The notes: generated by a model from the sequence alone, not told the origin. 64,000 nucleotides of DNA from Paramoeba atlantica (GCA_977017575.1 CDRNVI010000079.1:1-64000); one strand, 5' to 3'. Numbered from the stretch's first letter, positions 47,130 through 60,000 are shown. A program made the numbers and translations.

Positions 47130-47761
47130 TATTGAAAAAAAAAAGTGAACAAAAACAGTGAAAATATAAAGAGGAACACAGTAATATAATAGAAGAAAAA
47201 AATATAAAGGGGGGCTCCGGTGATCCAAAACTGAAAAAAAAAATTGAAAAAAATGGGGGGTCCAGGGGGGGGGGGTCATGGTCGAGCAAATTTTTTCGAA
47301 AAAATTAGTTTTCGAAAACAAACCGCAGAAAGGGTAGCCGGGGTCTTGGCGCGCATTTTCTACCCCCCTACCCGGGGGTGACCCCCCGGGTATCTGCAGG
47401 ACGGGTCCGCCAAGTTCGGATTTTTTCGGAAAAAAAATTTTGAAAAAAAATTCAACTTGGCGAAAAAAATGACAAAAACAATATTTTTCCAAAATCGTTT
47501 CCCCTATTGTATTTTGATAGTTTGGGACCTACACTAGCTTTCTCCGCAGTTGTTTTCGCAAGGTATCACTTCTTCGAACCGTGGCGCGCCCCTCAAAATG
47601 ACCCATTTTTGACTAAAATAGGTGAAAAAGTATTTTTCGGACCCCAAGGGGCATTTTTGTGTCGAAAGAACTTCGTTAAACGCGGCGGTAGTTTTCAACG
47701 CGAAGCGCGCAGCATGAGTTACTTCTAAGTTGAAAACAACCACCGCGTTTAACGAAGAGCC
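47130..47761 (+). mobile_element. Foldback-family variant: central spacer plus terminal hairpin (47671-47761)
   Basis: gtgaacaaaaacagtgaaaatataaagaggaacacagtaat shared with 55257-55300; hairpin matches. Confidence 0.75.
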
Positions 47762-47861
47762 TAAAAAAGAAAATATTATACATTACATACATTATTATAC
47801 ATAAATTAAACGGTGGTTATGGAGCCCACATAAGCCCACTGAGCGAATTGTGGCACGCTTA

Positions 47862-47940
47862 CTACATACGAGTCCACCCACGGTGGATCGTGCTACATAC
47901 GAGTCCACCCTCGGTGGATCGTGCTACATACGGGTCCAGC
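47862..47940 (+). repeat. 2.5 x 31-bp repeat, each with a tccacc-NNN-ggtgga hairpin
   Basis: ctacatacgagtccaccc(a/t)cggtggatcgtg. Confidence 0.85.
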
Positions 47941-48402
47941 CCCCGATAAATAGTAGGTATGTGCGTGCGCAGGTAACGGTATGTAACGCGGTATGTAGCG
48001 CAGCGATCTCATAAGTCGTTAACGTGTACTTATCAACACAAATTAGGTACTTATAAAAGAAAATTTGCGGGCCCAAGTAAGCCGTCGTTCACTACGGAGT
48101 GCATTCGACCCGATCGTGCGACAGGAAGTGTGCATAACATCCCTAAAGGGTAGTAATGCGATACTTCTTCCGGAGTCATTACAATGGTTTTCTTGTCACG
48201 ATACACAAATACATTTGAAGCATGTGTAATGTTGAACTTTCCAGTTGTAGGTCTTACTGCTAATGCATAAAACTAGCATAACGATAATGCGTTTGGATAT
48301 TGCGACTCTCTTATAGAGACTCTTTTATACAGCGCATCGGTAGGACTTTACCCCGTTTATAGTTTTAGATGTGACATGCTCCTTCAGTAAATCCTTCAGT
48401 AA

Positions 48403-49299
48403 ATGATAGAGGATCGTCCGAGAATTGTTTTCCTTAAAGTTCCAAAATTGGGGAAAATTCTTTTTGTGCGTGCTATTACTAAAATGTTTAAATTCTCAGT
48501 AGCGTCTTTCTACTTTGCAGCTCACGACACAAATACTGAATTACCGCACGAGAGTCGTCGAGGCAAAATACGGGGAGCCAACTTACCACAAGAATATGAA
48601 CTGGCTCGATTTGTCGAAAACATTTTAAATATTGATCCTTCATGGAACACGTCTACTCCTGCATGTGATTGGAAAGGTGTGTCTTGTGACGACGAATTAC
48701 ACGCAACGAATATCGATTGGTATTTAATGAAACTTTCTGGTTCTTTCGAATGGAAGTACATTTGTCACACAATTCGTTATATTAACATATGCAGCAACGA
48801 ACTTTCTGGAGGTGCACCACTCGACATATTACCATCACAACTGATTACGTTCGGAGCGTCATCAAATTTGTTTTCCGGGGAGTTAAATTTCACACATTTG
48901 CCGGACACAATGTGTTCACTCTGGCTGTCTCACAACAATTTTCACGGGCGCGTAGATCTGACCCATTTGCCTTCGACAATGACATGTCTGCAGATTCACA
49001 GGAATCAGCTTTCTGGCGAAGTTGATCTTACTCACTTACCATCAGACATGAAATATTTGGAAATATCAAATAATTGTTTTACTGGGCCGCTTGACTTACA
49101 GCATTTGCCTCCATTGTTACTTTCTCTCAGGTGCCAAAAGAATCAATTCAGTGGTCGTGTGATACTTGATTGTCTTCCTGCGCTCCTACGTGAACTGAAT
49201 TGCAAACATAATTCTAAGTTACGCGGTACATTGAACTTAAATCCACAAGACGATTTGAAAGTGTACGTGACCGGTACTGAAATCTACTTATATTTATAA
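48403..49299 (+). CDS. Short LRR-family protein (RRGKIRG subfamily, like 8551)
   Basis: RRGKIRGANLPQEYEL, WNTSTPACDWKGVSCD, LRRs; true start may be downstream. Confidence 0.87.
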   Translation: MIEDRPRIVFLKVPKLGKILFVRAITKMFKFSVASFYFAAHDTNTELPHESRRGKIRGANLPQEYELARFVENILNIDPSWNTSTPACDWKGVSCDDELHATNIDWYLMKLSGSFEWKYICHTIRYINICSNELSGGAPLDILPSQLITFGASSNLFSGELNFTHLPDTMCSLWLSHNNFHGRVDLTHLPSTMTCLQIHRNQLSGEVDLTHLPSDMKYLEISNNCFTGPLDLQHLPPLLLSLRCQKNQFSGRVILDCLPALLRELNCKHNSKLRGTLNLNPQDDLKVYVTGTEIYLYL

Positions 49300-49814
49300 A
49301 TATGAGAGGAAGCATATCTAAATTGTGCAACACAAATATACTTTATAACTTTTTATTTCAATGTAAGTTGCATTATGCATTGCATAATACGTACCCCTAC
49401 CGGGTAAATGGGTAATTACCCACATGCGGGTAATTTACCCGTAGTATGCTCTTCACTATTTTTGACAAAGTATTTTTCTTCGACACGTCAATGGGGAATG
49501 TGCGGGTTTTGCCAGGTCTTGCCTTTCATAGGTTTCAACCCTCTTAGTCGACGTTGTCGACCACTCAATAAGTTTGAGGGCGAAAATAAATCGAACTCTT
49601 TCGTGGATTATACATTTTTTTAATCAATGAATTGAGAGCGAGAGTTGTAATTGATATTGCCCACCTATTGATACACATAATTAAGACAAATTTATATTTT
49701 TTGCTTGATCTATGCGGTTGACTTTGTGAAAGGCAAAGCTCACATCAGAACCAATTCCGAATTAGACTTCAAACTTGAGATACTGAACTCTTTTTCTAGA
49801 CCTTTTTCATCGGC

Positions 49815-50597
49815 ATGGGTTTGTTTGTTTTATTACATTTACCTTTAAGCTTAATGTACAGCAATTATTGCATCGACGACGGATCCGATTTACGTCGAGG
49901 CAAAGTGACCCCTCTGCTGCTACCCCAAGAGCATATGCTGGAACGTCTAATTTCAAACCTAACTAGAAAACACGAATCCTGGCGTACGACTAAAACGAAT
50001 ATGTTTGGACGCGTCAAACATGTATCGGTATGCAATTGGAAACGTGTGATCTGTGATGAGGATCAAACAGTGATCGCACTTGAATGGCATTCCATGAAAC
50101 TTTTAGGTACCTTACAGTGGGAGTTCTTACCATATACGTTGGATCATTGTAACGTTTGCCGTAACAGACTAGGAGGATCACCTCAGCTTGACACGTTGCC
50201 GTCAACCCTTATTTATTTAAGCTTAGCGAGGAATGATTTTGCCGGTGAGTTAAACTTAACCCAATTACCTAACATATTGGGTTCCCTTCGGTTGCATGAG
50301 AACCAATTTAAAGGAAATATTGATTTTACGAATATATGCTCTGGGATAAATTATTTATCTCTTCAACGAAATAAACTTTCAGGCGCCGTCGATCTTTCTC
50401 ACTTGCCAAAGAAGTTGTTTTTTTTGGATTTGTCGAATAACAGATTCTCCGTTTTAGTAATTCAACGTCCTCCTGGAAACTTGCAGTATTTGTTTGTTAG
50501 CAACAACGTGGATATGTGTGGTGAGATTGACAATGCGGTTATTCCTGAGACTTTACAAACTTTTTTTTTCGAGAATACAAACATTACTTTTCATTAA
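49815..50597 (+). CDS. Short LRR-family protein
   Basis: YCIDDGSDLRRGKVTPLLLPQEHML leader, LRRs. Confidence 0.88.
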   Translation: MGLFVLLHLPLSLMYSNYCIDDGSDLRRGKVTPLLLPQEHMLERLISNLTRKHESWRTTKTNMFGRVKHVSVCNWKRVICDEDQTVIALEWHSMKLLGTLQWEFLPYTLDHCNVCRNRLGGSPQLDTLPSTLIYLSLARNDFAGELNLTQLPNILGSLRLHENQFKGNIDFTNICSGINYLSLQRNKLSGAVDLSHLPKKLFFLDLSNNRFSVLVIQRPPGNLQYLFVSNNVDMCGEIDNAVIPETLQTFFFENTNITFH

Positions 50598-51903
50598 CTT
50601 TTCTACCTTATGCGTCGCAGAAAAGTAGCTGAGGGATCAACTGTGAGTGTCCGCTTTTCTACACTTTTTTCAGATACATGTTTTCGGACAAAAACAACCT
50701 AAATTCCGCAAAAAAATATTTTTTTAGGAAAAACAACACCTTTTCTTTACACTGATAATTTTCATTTCGATCTTTTCAATGATAAATGAAAAACGATTTT
50801 CACCTTGGGTCGTGAAAATTACTCATAAAATATCAAAACAGTTTCTTTCTATCGTTACTCGTCCATGTCAGCTCGAGAGTTTCATCCTCAAAGGGCTTCA
50901 ATGTTGTTTGGCAAATTTTGTTTATCATGTGGCCAACGCAAGACAAAATTATTATAGAAGGAACTCGAGCTGCAATACCCTTCTGAAGAGCAACCGTGTC
51001 AGAGACCCCAATGGGGAAATTCTGTCGTATATTGAATACAATTCTGTCGTATATTGTATACGACAGCGAATACTATTCGCTTTAGGAGGCCCTCGCAATT
51101 CTAGCCACATGATTGACTGAACTTCCATCATCGATCATAAATTTTAGCTTCAACAAACGTTACTCACCAAGATTGGCCTGCAGAGTACAGATTAGCTGCT
51201 CTTCCATAGTTTTTCCATCGATTGTTCGATGTCTCGGTGAATAAATGGGAGGTAGTAGGTATTCCTCCGGGCCAACGTACATACAACTGACGTACAATCA
51301 GTGTTTGACGGCTTGGCCGTTAAACGGAGGTTTGTTGCATTACTGAAAGGGCGTGACTAACGACGCGTGTTTGGGTTTTGGTTGGGAGGGGAGCCCAGGT
51401 GGCATCTGGGCTCCGCCTTCCCATTTTGCCGGTTTTCACGGAACAGTAAAGCCGGTATCCTTTATCCACATGGGGGGAGACGTAGTCCTTCCCAGGGCAT
51501 GGAGGTCCTAACACTTTATCGTACTTTGTGAGAGAAAATTATTGCAGAAACATGTTCTTTTATATCGAATACACTATTTGTTTTCTTTCGTATAGGCAAG
51601 AAAAGGTAGGACATCATGCGAAACGTGTCGACTATAGTGCCTGCCGCACGTAACTTACTCATGTGACTAAGAAAAATGGATTTGTACGTTTCTTTTTTTA
51701 TAAATAAATTGTATTCAAATTTAATTCCACGATGAAGTACATTTTAGCAATCTGATTAAGTGAGACATCGATTAAGGGAGACTCACTTAATCTTGAGTGA
51801 TACTCGCTTACTGAGTACATGTAGTCTGCATGTAGACAGGTCCTTGAGATCAGGTAATATTTAGTTCATTTCTATTATTATCTTAATTATTTGATGACAG
51901 ACT

Positions 51904-52521
51904 TCAATTACCTTTTTTGTTATCAAAACAACCATGCACAAGAAATTCATTGCGTGGTACGTACGTCACCGCCTTATCCATGTACTGAGATAGCGACCAT
52001 CGTAGCAAGCAATTTACGGTGCTGGACAAACGAATTTTCACATCTTCTTCGGTGTAATTCGTAAGTGGTCGTGTTCTGATATCAGCAACATTGTGCTGAG
52101 ACAATATATCGGCCACAACCATTTTTACGTTCGCAGATATTAACAATTTAACGATTTTTTCAATGACATAATCTACTGACGAAGACGCAGAATAGCCTTT
52201 TTCCATGCACCGACCTGCAACAGTATTATCTGAAGCTAGGAGTATGAGCACAGGATGCTGATCTAGTGATCTTATGATACCCTCTTCTAGAGCCAACGCT
52301 TCCGCTACTTCGATTTCCGTTTATTGTTGTAGATTATATTCAAATTTCTGCACAACGGCTGGTTCATTGATGTTAATTCTCCACGCTGCCACCCGGAAGG
52401 GTGTAGCATCTACTGCAAAACATACTGTTTTTGTAGTTAAAGCTGAAATATTGGGAATGTGAGAGCGCTTGTGTCTGAATTTTAATTCTATCTTACACAA
52501 TAGACATTTGACAGCCCGCAA
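51904..52521 (-). pseudogene. DIRS/VIPER-type RNase H remnant
   Basis: FAVDATP (D), in-frame stop, EIEVAEALA (E), LASDNTVA (D), HNVADIRTR (N.AD..R). Confidence 0.65.
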
Positions 52522-54750
52522 CGATTCCTTGAGAACGCATAGCTCTTCATGTTTTCATGCCATATTTTCAGATTTTTTTGCGGAATGATCATTTTAATGG
52601 CGCTGGCAGGTACTTCCGGGCGTAGCTCTTCGTACTTCTTGATTAGCCAGACAAAACGGCTCGAGGGAAGGTTTGCGAGGGTTTGCAGGCATGGGAGAAC
52701 CTTTCCATGCCCTTTTTTACTACCGCTTTTTAGGATACGGAGATCTCCTCTTCAGTTGCTCTAGCCCGCTCCCTCCCTTTATGACACTCTCGTCGGTGCT
52801 TGTGATATACAGGGGGGTGCAGCTAAATCCGGGGTGGCCTTGCATAACGGGAATAAGGTCGAAAACGTCACTTGCAAACTTTTTTGTAAAGCTTACCTCA
52901 GAATGAGACCCTTTTTTGGCGTACTTTTCCAGACGAAGCACTATGATTGGTTTTGATCTGCCCAATGAATCGCAATGAGCCTTTTAAGAAACTTCCTGGC
53001 GAATGCACTCATCTTTCATTCACAAATACTGAAAAAACGTAAAAGAACATGCCAAAAAAAAACATAATGCAAGAAATGTCTTTTGCCAATTTTTTTTGTA
53101 TTTTCGTTATAAAAAAGTTGATCAATACGAACCTTGGAAGGAAGTCTAAAACCATGTGTTTTGGACCCAGTGGGTCCCTACAAAAAAAGGGCAGCAAAGC
53201 GCTTAACCAGGAAAACGAAATCTATTCAATGCTGCGAAAATGAGGAAAAACATATAAAAAGACTTAAAATTCCGCGGGGGGGAAGATATCTTGAAACCAC
53301 TGTACTTGTTTCTCACTACGTTTTCGCATTAACACGACTTTTGTCATTAACGCAACATTTGTCGTCTCGACTTTTCTTGACATAACTTTTTTCCCCCTGT
53401 AAGCAAAGGCTTCTGAAACTGAGGCGCCGCGAAGCGGCGCCGATTTTGTTTTCGTGTTTCGGATTTTTATTTCATCCCCCCTTTAATAGAGACAAATGAC
53501 GAAATTGTGTCTACATTAAAGGGGGGGGTCACAGTATCCTCATGGGGGTATGGGCAATCAGGGGGGGCACCGGGTTAACGCGTGGTGGTCGGGGAACGCC
53601 TTCAATGTCATTTTATGGCGATTCGCCTGCGAAAAGCGAACTTGCCTTGGAGAGTCACCCTGTGACTCTGTTGGGGATGATACATCGAGTGTGGTATCCC
53701 CCCGGGTAGAAGACTTTCGGCGTCGGCTCATAGGAGTTGAAGTGATTCTTTATACTAAATCCCGTTCCGGTTTAATGTACAGTAAACGTCACTATTTTCA
53801 GAATGCTCAGTTGTACGTTGACACAGAAAAAACGGCTTTTTTGTCGTTTTTCGTCACTATTCTCAGAATTGGTCTGTTGAACGTTGACAGGCACTTTTTT
53901 ATGAGGTCAAATCATAATTCTCATTTTTAAAAAAGAAAACGTTTTGCAAGAAAAATGTTAGCAGCGGAGCAAGAAGTCGCTTTGGGTGCACAAAAATGAT
54001 CCCCAGAGATCTCCCACTATCTCCTTGGTTTGCGGAGTCGCCGCTCTATCAGAAGAACACCGCGCAGTCAAACAGTGCAAGTTTTCCTTTTGTGTATTAG
54101 CGTTTTGTTTTCAGAAAAACAAAGTTTCATTACTCGTAGTCACCTAAATCAGTGTTTTCTTTTCTTTTTTTGGTCTCACTAGGACATTTGTGTGCCTTTC
54201 ATGAATGGAAGAAGAGAGGGGACAACGATAAAAATAATCTCCAGTGATCCTCTGTGACCCCCATCTATCTCCACCTACCTGTACCCCCCCAATAATAGAA
54301 TCGATTTTGGACCATAAAGGCCAAATCCTTGTTACTGGGTGGGGTATGCTTTTTCGGTGGGCAAAGGCCTTTTTCGTTCATGAGTGCGTTGATTTTCTGT
54401 ACAGCCAACCCAGAAACCTTGTTACTGTGTGTCGGCCGAAAAATGGCGAAATCTCTATATAAAAATCTATACAATAATCCATATAAAAATCTATAATTTT
54501 TTGAAGGATTTTCGGTGGGTTTGGATAAGTTTTTCCTTCAAAAGAGAGTCCTTGTAGCTTCTTTTTTCTCCTGTGGCGGAAGAAGCACAAGCAAAAAACT
54601 GAAAACTAGGTTTTCTTCCGCGAAACATAAGAAACTTAATTAAGCGTGTCATAAATTGACTTTGTAGTTGGTGTCATTCGAGCTAAAAGAGAGCATCAAA
54701 ACGCTTTTGAGCTCTTCTTCCTGTTATAGATTTTTATAGATTTATTTTTT

Positions 54751-55883
54751 AGGCTCTTCGTTAAACGTGGTGATTGTTTTCAACTTAGAACTCACTCATG
54801 GTGCGCTCTTCCAGTTGAAAACTACCACCTCGTTTAACGAAGAATCTAAAAAAGAAAAATCGCCAAAAGATCATGAATAATCCAGTTTTTTGGGTGAAAA
54901 ACCTCGATTTTTCGACAAAAATTGCGAAATTTTAACCCGAATTTGGGCCGTTTTTGATGCTTTACCAGTAGGGGCAGGAGGCGAATCTGTCGAAAAAAAC
55001 GTCGTAGCATGGTAGCTGAGGTACAAAACTCTTAAAAGACGTTTTAAGAGTCGATTTTGGAAAAATGGTATGTTTACTTTTTTTCGGGTCAAAAAAAAAA
55101 ATTTGGTCACCCCAAAAATTTCGGAAATTTTCACCTTGTCGGACTCCTCCCGCGCGTACCAGGTGGGGGGGGTGGAAAGTCATCGCCGCGGCCTAATCTA
55201 CCACTTCCCTGCGCTCGATTTCGAAAATCAACTCTACCCTCAATTATTGAAAAAAGGTGAACAAAAACAGTGAAAATATAAAGAGGAACACAGTAATATA
55301 ATAAAAAAATAAAAGGGGGCCCCGGTGGTCCAAAACTGAAAAAATTCAAAAAATAGGGGGTCTAGGTGGGGTCCAGGGGGGGGGCATACGTCGCGAAATT
55401 TTTTTTCGAATTGTTTGCTTTTTAAAATCGAGCGCAGGGAAGTGGTAGAGTAGGCCGCGGCGATAATTTCCCACCCCCCCCCCTGGGGGTACCCCCCCTG
55501 GTACGCGCAGGAGGGGTCCGACAAGGTCAAAAATTCCGAAATTTTTGGGGTGACCAAAAAAAATTGTATTTCTCCAAAATCGACTCCTAAAACGCATTTT
55601 AAGAGTTTGGGCCCTCAGCTACCATGCTACGACGTTTTTTTCGACAGATTCGCCTCCTGCCCCTACTAGTGAGGCATCCAAAACGGCCCAAATTCGGATT
55701 GAAATTTCGCATTTTTTGCCGAAAAATCCAGCTTTTTCACCCAAGAAAATAGATTATTCATGATCTTTTGGCGATTTTTCTTTTTTAGGCTCTTCGGTAA
55801 ACGCGGTGGTAGTTTTCAACGCGAAATGCGCAGCATGAGGGACTTCTAAGTTGAAATCAATCACCGTGTTTAACGAAGAGCCT
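54751..55883. mobile_element. Complete ~1.13-kb non-autonomous foldback element with ~470-bp TIRs, each ending in a ~95-bp hairpin
   Basis: 54751-55230 is an imperfect inverse of 55424-55883; ta|ggctcttcg...cgaagagcc|ta ends. Confidence 0.82.
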
Positions 55884-56215
55884 AAATATAGTACTATAAG
55901 TTTTTTTAAAATGCCTTAAATATGTATATAATATATTTTCAGACCCCTGGTTTTTTGTTTATATTTTTGTTTTTGGTATTTTTATCGTTATGTTATCTGT
56001 TATGTACAGTACAGCGTTAATGACGGTATTTGCTTTGAGAGCGCTATTCCCAGAACAAAACTTCCTCGTTACACATGCGCAAGCCCTGGAGAATGCGAAT
56101 AACGCGCGAACTTCCTTTAACCGATAAAGAGCCATTGGCGAGTTCGGCAAAGAATTTCATGCGCGCTTCACGCTGGTTCTCAGTGCATCCCAAGTTTCCA
56201 TTTCAGGACTTCAGT

Positions 56216-57060
56216 TCATCTTTTAGGAGATTGTTTGCGGACCCTACTTTGTTGATGTGAACATCTGTGGCGGTCACCCACTCTTTTGAATGATGAATTG
56301 TGTTGTGGCGGTATTTCCGACAGGCATTTGCTTGCGGCCGCGGCATTCGCATAAACTTGGGTTCTGTTGTTCTGTGCGAGATGGGTTACATCGAACTCCA
56401 CATGGTGTGTGACTTTTTATTCTTCAAGCCTCGCACATAAATATCCTTCATGGGGTAGTGCATTTGACTAGTCGAATCCAAAATTTCATCACAGTTGACC
56501 AACTTGTGATACCACGATGTACCTTCCTTGCGAAAACGCTTGCTCTTATTGTGTTTCGAACTTTTGATACGCGAGACGCAGGTTTCGTCTTTTTGCATAT
56601 ACACAACCGTCCCTTTCGCCAGTTCCCATCGCCAATCATGCATTACTGCGATTATTCCTTCGAAAAGGTCCGCAAATTTTAACACGCACTTAAGTGATAA
56701 TAAGGCTTCACGAACAATTGTTTTAACAGCGACACCAACCGTGAAGCCATAAATCATTTGCAAGGTTTCTTTTATGCCTCTATGTTGGTGCCCGCCAAAG
56801 AAAGGAAGATGAGCGTGGTATCGCGCACGGCATTCGACGTATCCCCGGGAAGGACAAAACCAATGATTCTCTTCACGTACACACAAAACTTCCTCGTTCT
56901 TCGGGTGATATTTCTCCTTTCCACACCACACAGCTTGCGGAAAGAGTTCGTGGGCCTCCATCCAGCGTATTATATCCGATTCAGAGGCTTGTGCAATGGA
57001 TGAGAAATTGAGCCTTCGCGCACACTCGAAGTCGGAACAATCGCGGCAAGTCCAGTCCAT
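56216..57060 (-). pseudogene. Merlin/IS1595-type transposase, degenerate
   Basis: Cys-rich zinc-ribbon N-terminus, VVYMQKDET...KHNKSKR...SW; 3' part fragmented. Confidence 0.6.
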
Positions 57061-57405
57061 AAAGAAGTAAAAGGAAGAAAAGTTTCTATTAACAATTTTT
57101 GTATGAATTTTTGCCAGAAGATTTGCATAACGTAAATTTCACGAGTGGATATGTACATGCGAATAAAGTGGTTAATGAGTCGACGTAGCGTTGTGATGAC
57201 CACCTTACAATAACCCATTTTCCAAACCTAAAAATACATCACCCATACATTGTGTCGCATGCGACACCAAAGGGCACCGCTGAGTAGGACGAGGCTGGTT
57301 ACTTGAGTCGCAAATCCTCATTCTACAATACGCTACCAACTTAGCAAGAGTTCTCGATGCCGGTCCGTGCGATTATTAGACAACTTATGGTAACTTATAC
57401 AATTT

Positions 57406-58335
57406 GTGGTAACTTACACAATTTATGGTAACTTTCCCCCCTGTACACAATTAACAAATATATTTCTTGCTTTCGTCGCTCGACCCCTTTGCAAATCTCA
57501 CCTAATGTATGGTAATTATTGCATCGATGACGGCTCCGATTTACGTCGAGGCAAAGTAACCTCTCTGCTACTACCTCAAGAAGATATGCTAGAACATCTA
57601 ATTTCAAACCTAACTGAAAAGCATAATACTTGGCGCACTACTAGAAAGAATTTGTTTCGGCGTGCCAAGAGTGTATCCGTGTGCACTTGGAAAGGGGTGA
57701 CATGTGACAATGAGCAACATGTAACTGAAATCGATTGGAGTTCGATGCGTCTTGCGGGATTCTTGCAATGGGAATATCTACCCCGATGGTTACTACGTTT
57801 GACTTTGATGAGCAACAGCCTTCGCGGGCGCGTAACACTAGACGCGCTGCCACCTGGACTCAAATGTTTTCAAATTTCATACAATCAATTATGTGGTCCA
57901 TTATATCTAACACAGTTGCCCAACACATTAGAGACTATGGAATTGAGCATAAACCAATTCGACGAGAGCATCGATCTTACGCATTTGCCATCAAATCTAA
58001 GTTCTTTGGATGTGGCAGTTAACTACCTTGTTGGTGGCGTGGATTTATCCAGTTTGCCCCAGAGGCTTAATGACATTAATTTGTCCGGTAACAAATTTTC
58101 AGGGCCTCTTCAGTTACGGCAGTTACCTTCCGCACTTCAATATTTCTTCTGCTCGAGTAATGATTTCTCCGGAGTAATCATATGTGACCGCCTTCCTGTA
58201 GGACTGAAAGCACTATGGTTGCATAAAAATGAAAATCTGTGTGGTGAGGTTAGTGTGTCCACTCTTCCCAAGGCACTGGCAGCCGACGTGGGCAGAAACT
58301 TTAATATTCTCGGCACACAGATTCAATTAGTTTGA
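57406..58335 (+). CDS. Short LRR-family protein
   Basis: Same leader and cap; likely start at ATG ~57506. Confidence 0.88.
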   Translation: MVTYTIYGNFPPCTQLTNIFLAFVARPLCKSHLMYGNYCIDDGSDLRRGKVTSLLLPQEDMLEHLISNLTEKHNTWRTTRKNLFRRAKSVSVCTWKGVTCDNEQHVTEIDWSSMRLAGFLQWEYLPRWLLRLTLMSNSLRGRVTLDALPPGLKCFQISYNQLCGPLYLTQLPNTLETMELSINQFDESIDLTHLPSNLSSLDVAVNYLVGGVDLSSLPQRLNDINLSGNKFSGPLQLRQLPSALQYFFCSSNDFSGVIICDRLPVGLKALWLHKNENLCGEVSVSTLPKALAADVGRNFNILGTQIQLV

Positions 58336-58397
58336 ATATTGAGTCCTTAGATCTGTCGGAAAACTCCTTTACTTATGCAATAGTCCTTTACTTCCAC

Positions 58398-58724
58398 CTA
58401 AATTGCGCGCAAATGACCCTCATACGTGCAACGTAAACAACTGCGCCATCTTTCAATAGCGTTTTTTGATTCCGTGATATGATCTCCACTCATCTGTAAT
58501 GACGATGGAATTTCTTGAAATTTTCTTCCTTCAATCACCTTTGTACAAATGCAGACAAAAATAGGTTTCGTTCGCTTTGAAATGGCCTTCCAGTAGGTCT
58601 GTACAGATTTCCCGGTAAGCGGGTCGCTGTTACGAACCAGAATCCTTCTGGTTCTGCGCGACTGTTTTCCACGATTATGAAGTCTCTTTCCGATGTAAGT
58701 TTCATCCACCATCAGGTACTTCAT
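58398..58724 (-). pseudogene. Merlin/IS1595 DDE fragment
   Basis: VDETYIGKRLHNRGK matches the VDEt.iGkrK.nrGr motif. Confidence 0.7.
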
Positions 58725-58780
58725 GGTAAGTGGTATGTAGAGGGGCCGGGGAGTAACGCGAAGGCGCGTTCTAATTCATA

Positions 58781-59216
58781 TAAACCACAGTCCGGTTTAG
58801 CACTCATGTAGCTAGATAACATTCCGGGGGGGATGTTATGATGTTCCATGCGTTTTTTTAACATTCCCCCCCTGAAAAACCCCCGTGCCCCCCCGTGGCT
58901 TACAGGTTCACTCACTCTACCGACGAAGAGCCACCACGGGAGATTCTCAACTCTGATCCCCTACAGGGTCCTCCAGGTTTTCGGTACGCATGTACGCTGA
59001 CGGAGTACTTTAAGAAAGTTCAAGAACGCCAAGAAAGTGAAGCAAAAAAAGTCGAAGCAATAGGCGAAGAGGAAGATACTGGATAAACGAAGTTATTTTT
59101 ACTTTAAAAAAAGAATCTCAAAAAGATATCTTGAAAATTTAACATTACTGTAGCTACTTAACATTCCTGTAGCTACTTAACATCCCCCCCGGAATGTTAA
59201 ACCGGGCTGTGGTTTA
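58781..59216. mobile_element. ~436-bp MITE-like inverted-repeat element
   Basis: taaaccacagtccggttta...taacattccgggggggatgtta mirrored at 59178-59216; no TSD seen. Confidence 0.55.
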
Positions 59217-59749
59217 AATCGGTATGTATTTAACGCCTGCCGCGACCAGTTTGCAAAAACACGCTTTCTTTTAAATTTCTAAGCTCTAAATTTGGCAACG
59301 AGACGGGTTTTCGACGGCAAAACTGGCTCAAATTCGGGGTGATCTTCATCCGACATGATGTAAAAGCAGTATGAATTCGTATTGGACTTCTACCCCCTCG
59401 CCTTATACAGGATACCGGGCCCGGAGTCTCTGGGCCAGAGACCTTGAACTTCCTCAACAAGGTGGACCGGGCCCACACGTCCGATAAAAACGGATGCCTT
59501 TCGCACCTCTTGATGGCCTTGGGAGTGGCCAGAGGGACAATGCCCAGATCGTGCAGGCGGCGGTGCTAAACTGGTACCTCCGCGGTGTATGAGGTTAGCG
59601 GGTCGAGGGCTTAGGAAGAGGAAAAAAACTTCGGGTGCAGACAACTTACACTAGGTGTATATTATACCCACTTAAGAAAATATTTTCTTTTGACCAGTTT
59701 TCAAAATAATATCCTCTTTTCCTCTTGTACATTCGAAAAATATAGAGCC

Positions 59750-60000
59750 TAACTGCTCAGTCCCTTTCAAAACTTCGAATGGTACGTGTGAAAGTGAACT
59801 TCGAATTGTACGATGATCCATGCATACGCTAACATCTGAAAATTCGAACCCGAATTCAATGCATGTCTTTGTTCGGGCTTGCCCCGCGTACTCTGTACTC
59901 TCATCTTTTCTCTTCGAGGTGGAGTATACACCTCGCATGATTTTATTTCGAAAAAGCGGATGCTCAAGAGCTGAGCTTGGGATCCCACATTGTTGCTTCT
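59750..60000 (-). pseudogene. Diverged hAT transposase fragment related to 1846..3621
   Basis: GIPSSALEHPLFRNKIMRG...EYAGQARTKTCIEFGFEFSDVSVCMD aligns with GISTAALEHPWFLNRIVRG...EYAKQTRVKMCVDLGFKFSRVSLCLD. Confidence 0.8.

Noticed and set aside
9634-52323. Blastocrithidia-like stop-codon reassignment: in-frame TAA/TGA at plausible Glu/Trp positions (NP*NWRPI, ALE*ARI, LPT*LSD, QQ*TEIE)
   Set aside because: These occur almost only in elements that also carry frameshifts. GAA>TAA and TGG>TGA are single substitutions. Long host ORFs (1402 aa, KREPB-like, six LRRs) have no internal stops and end in TAA/TGA.
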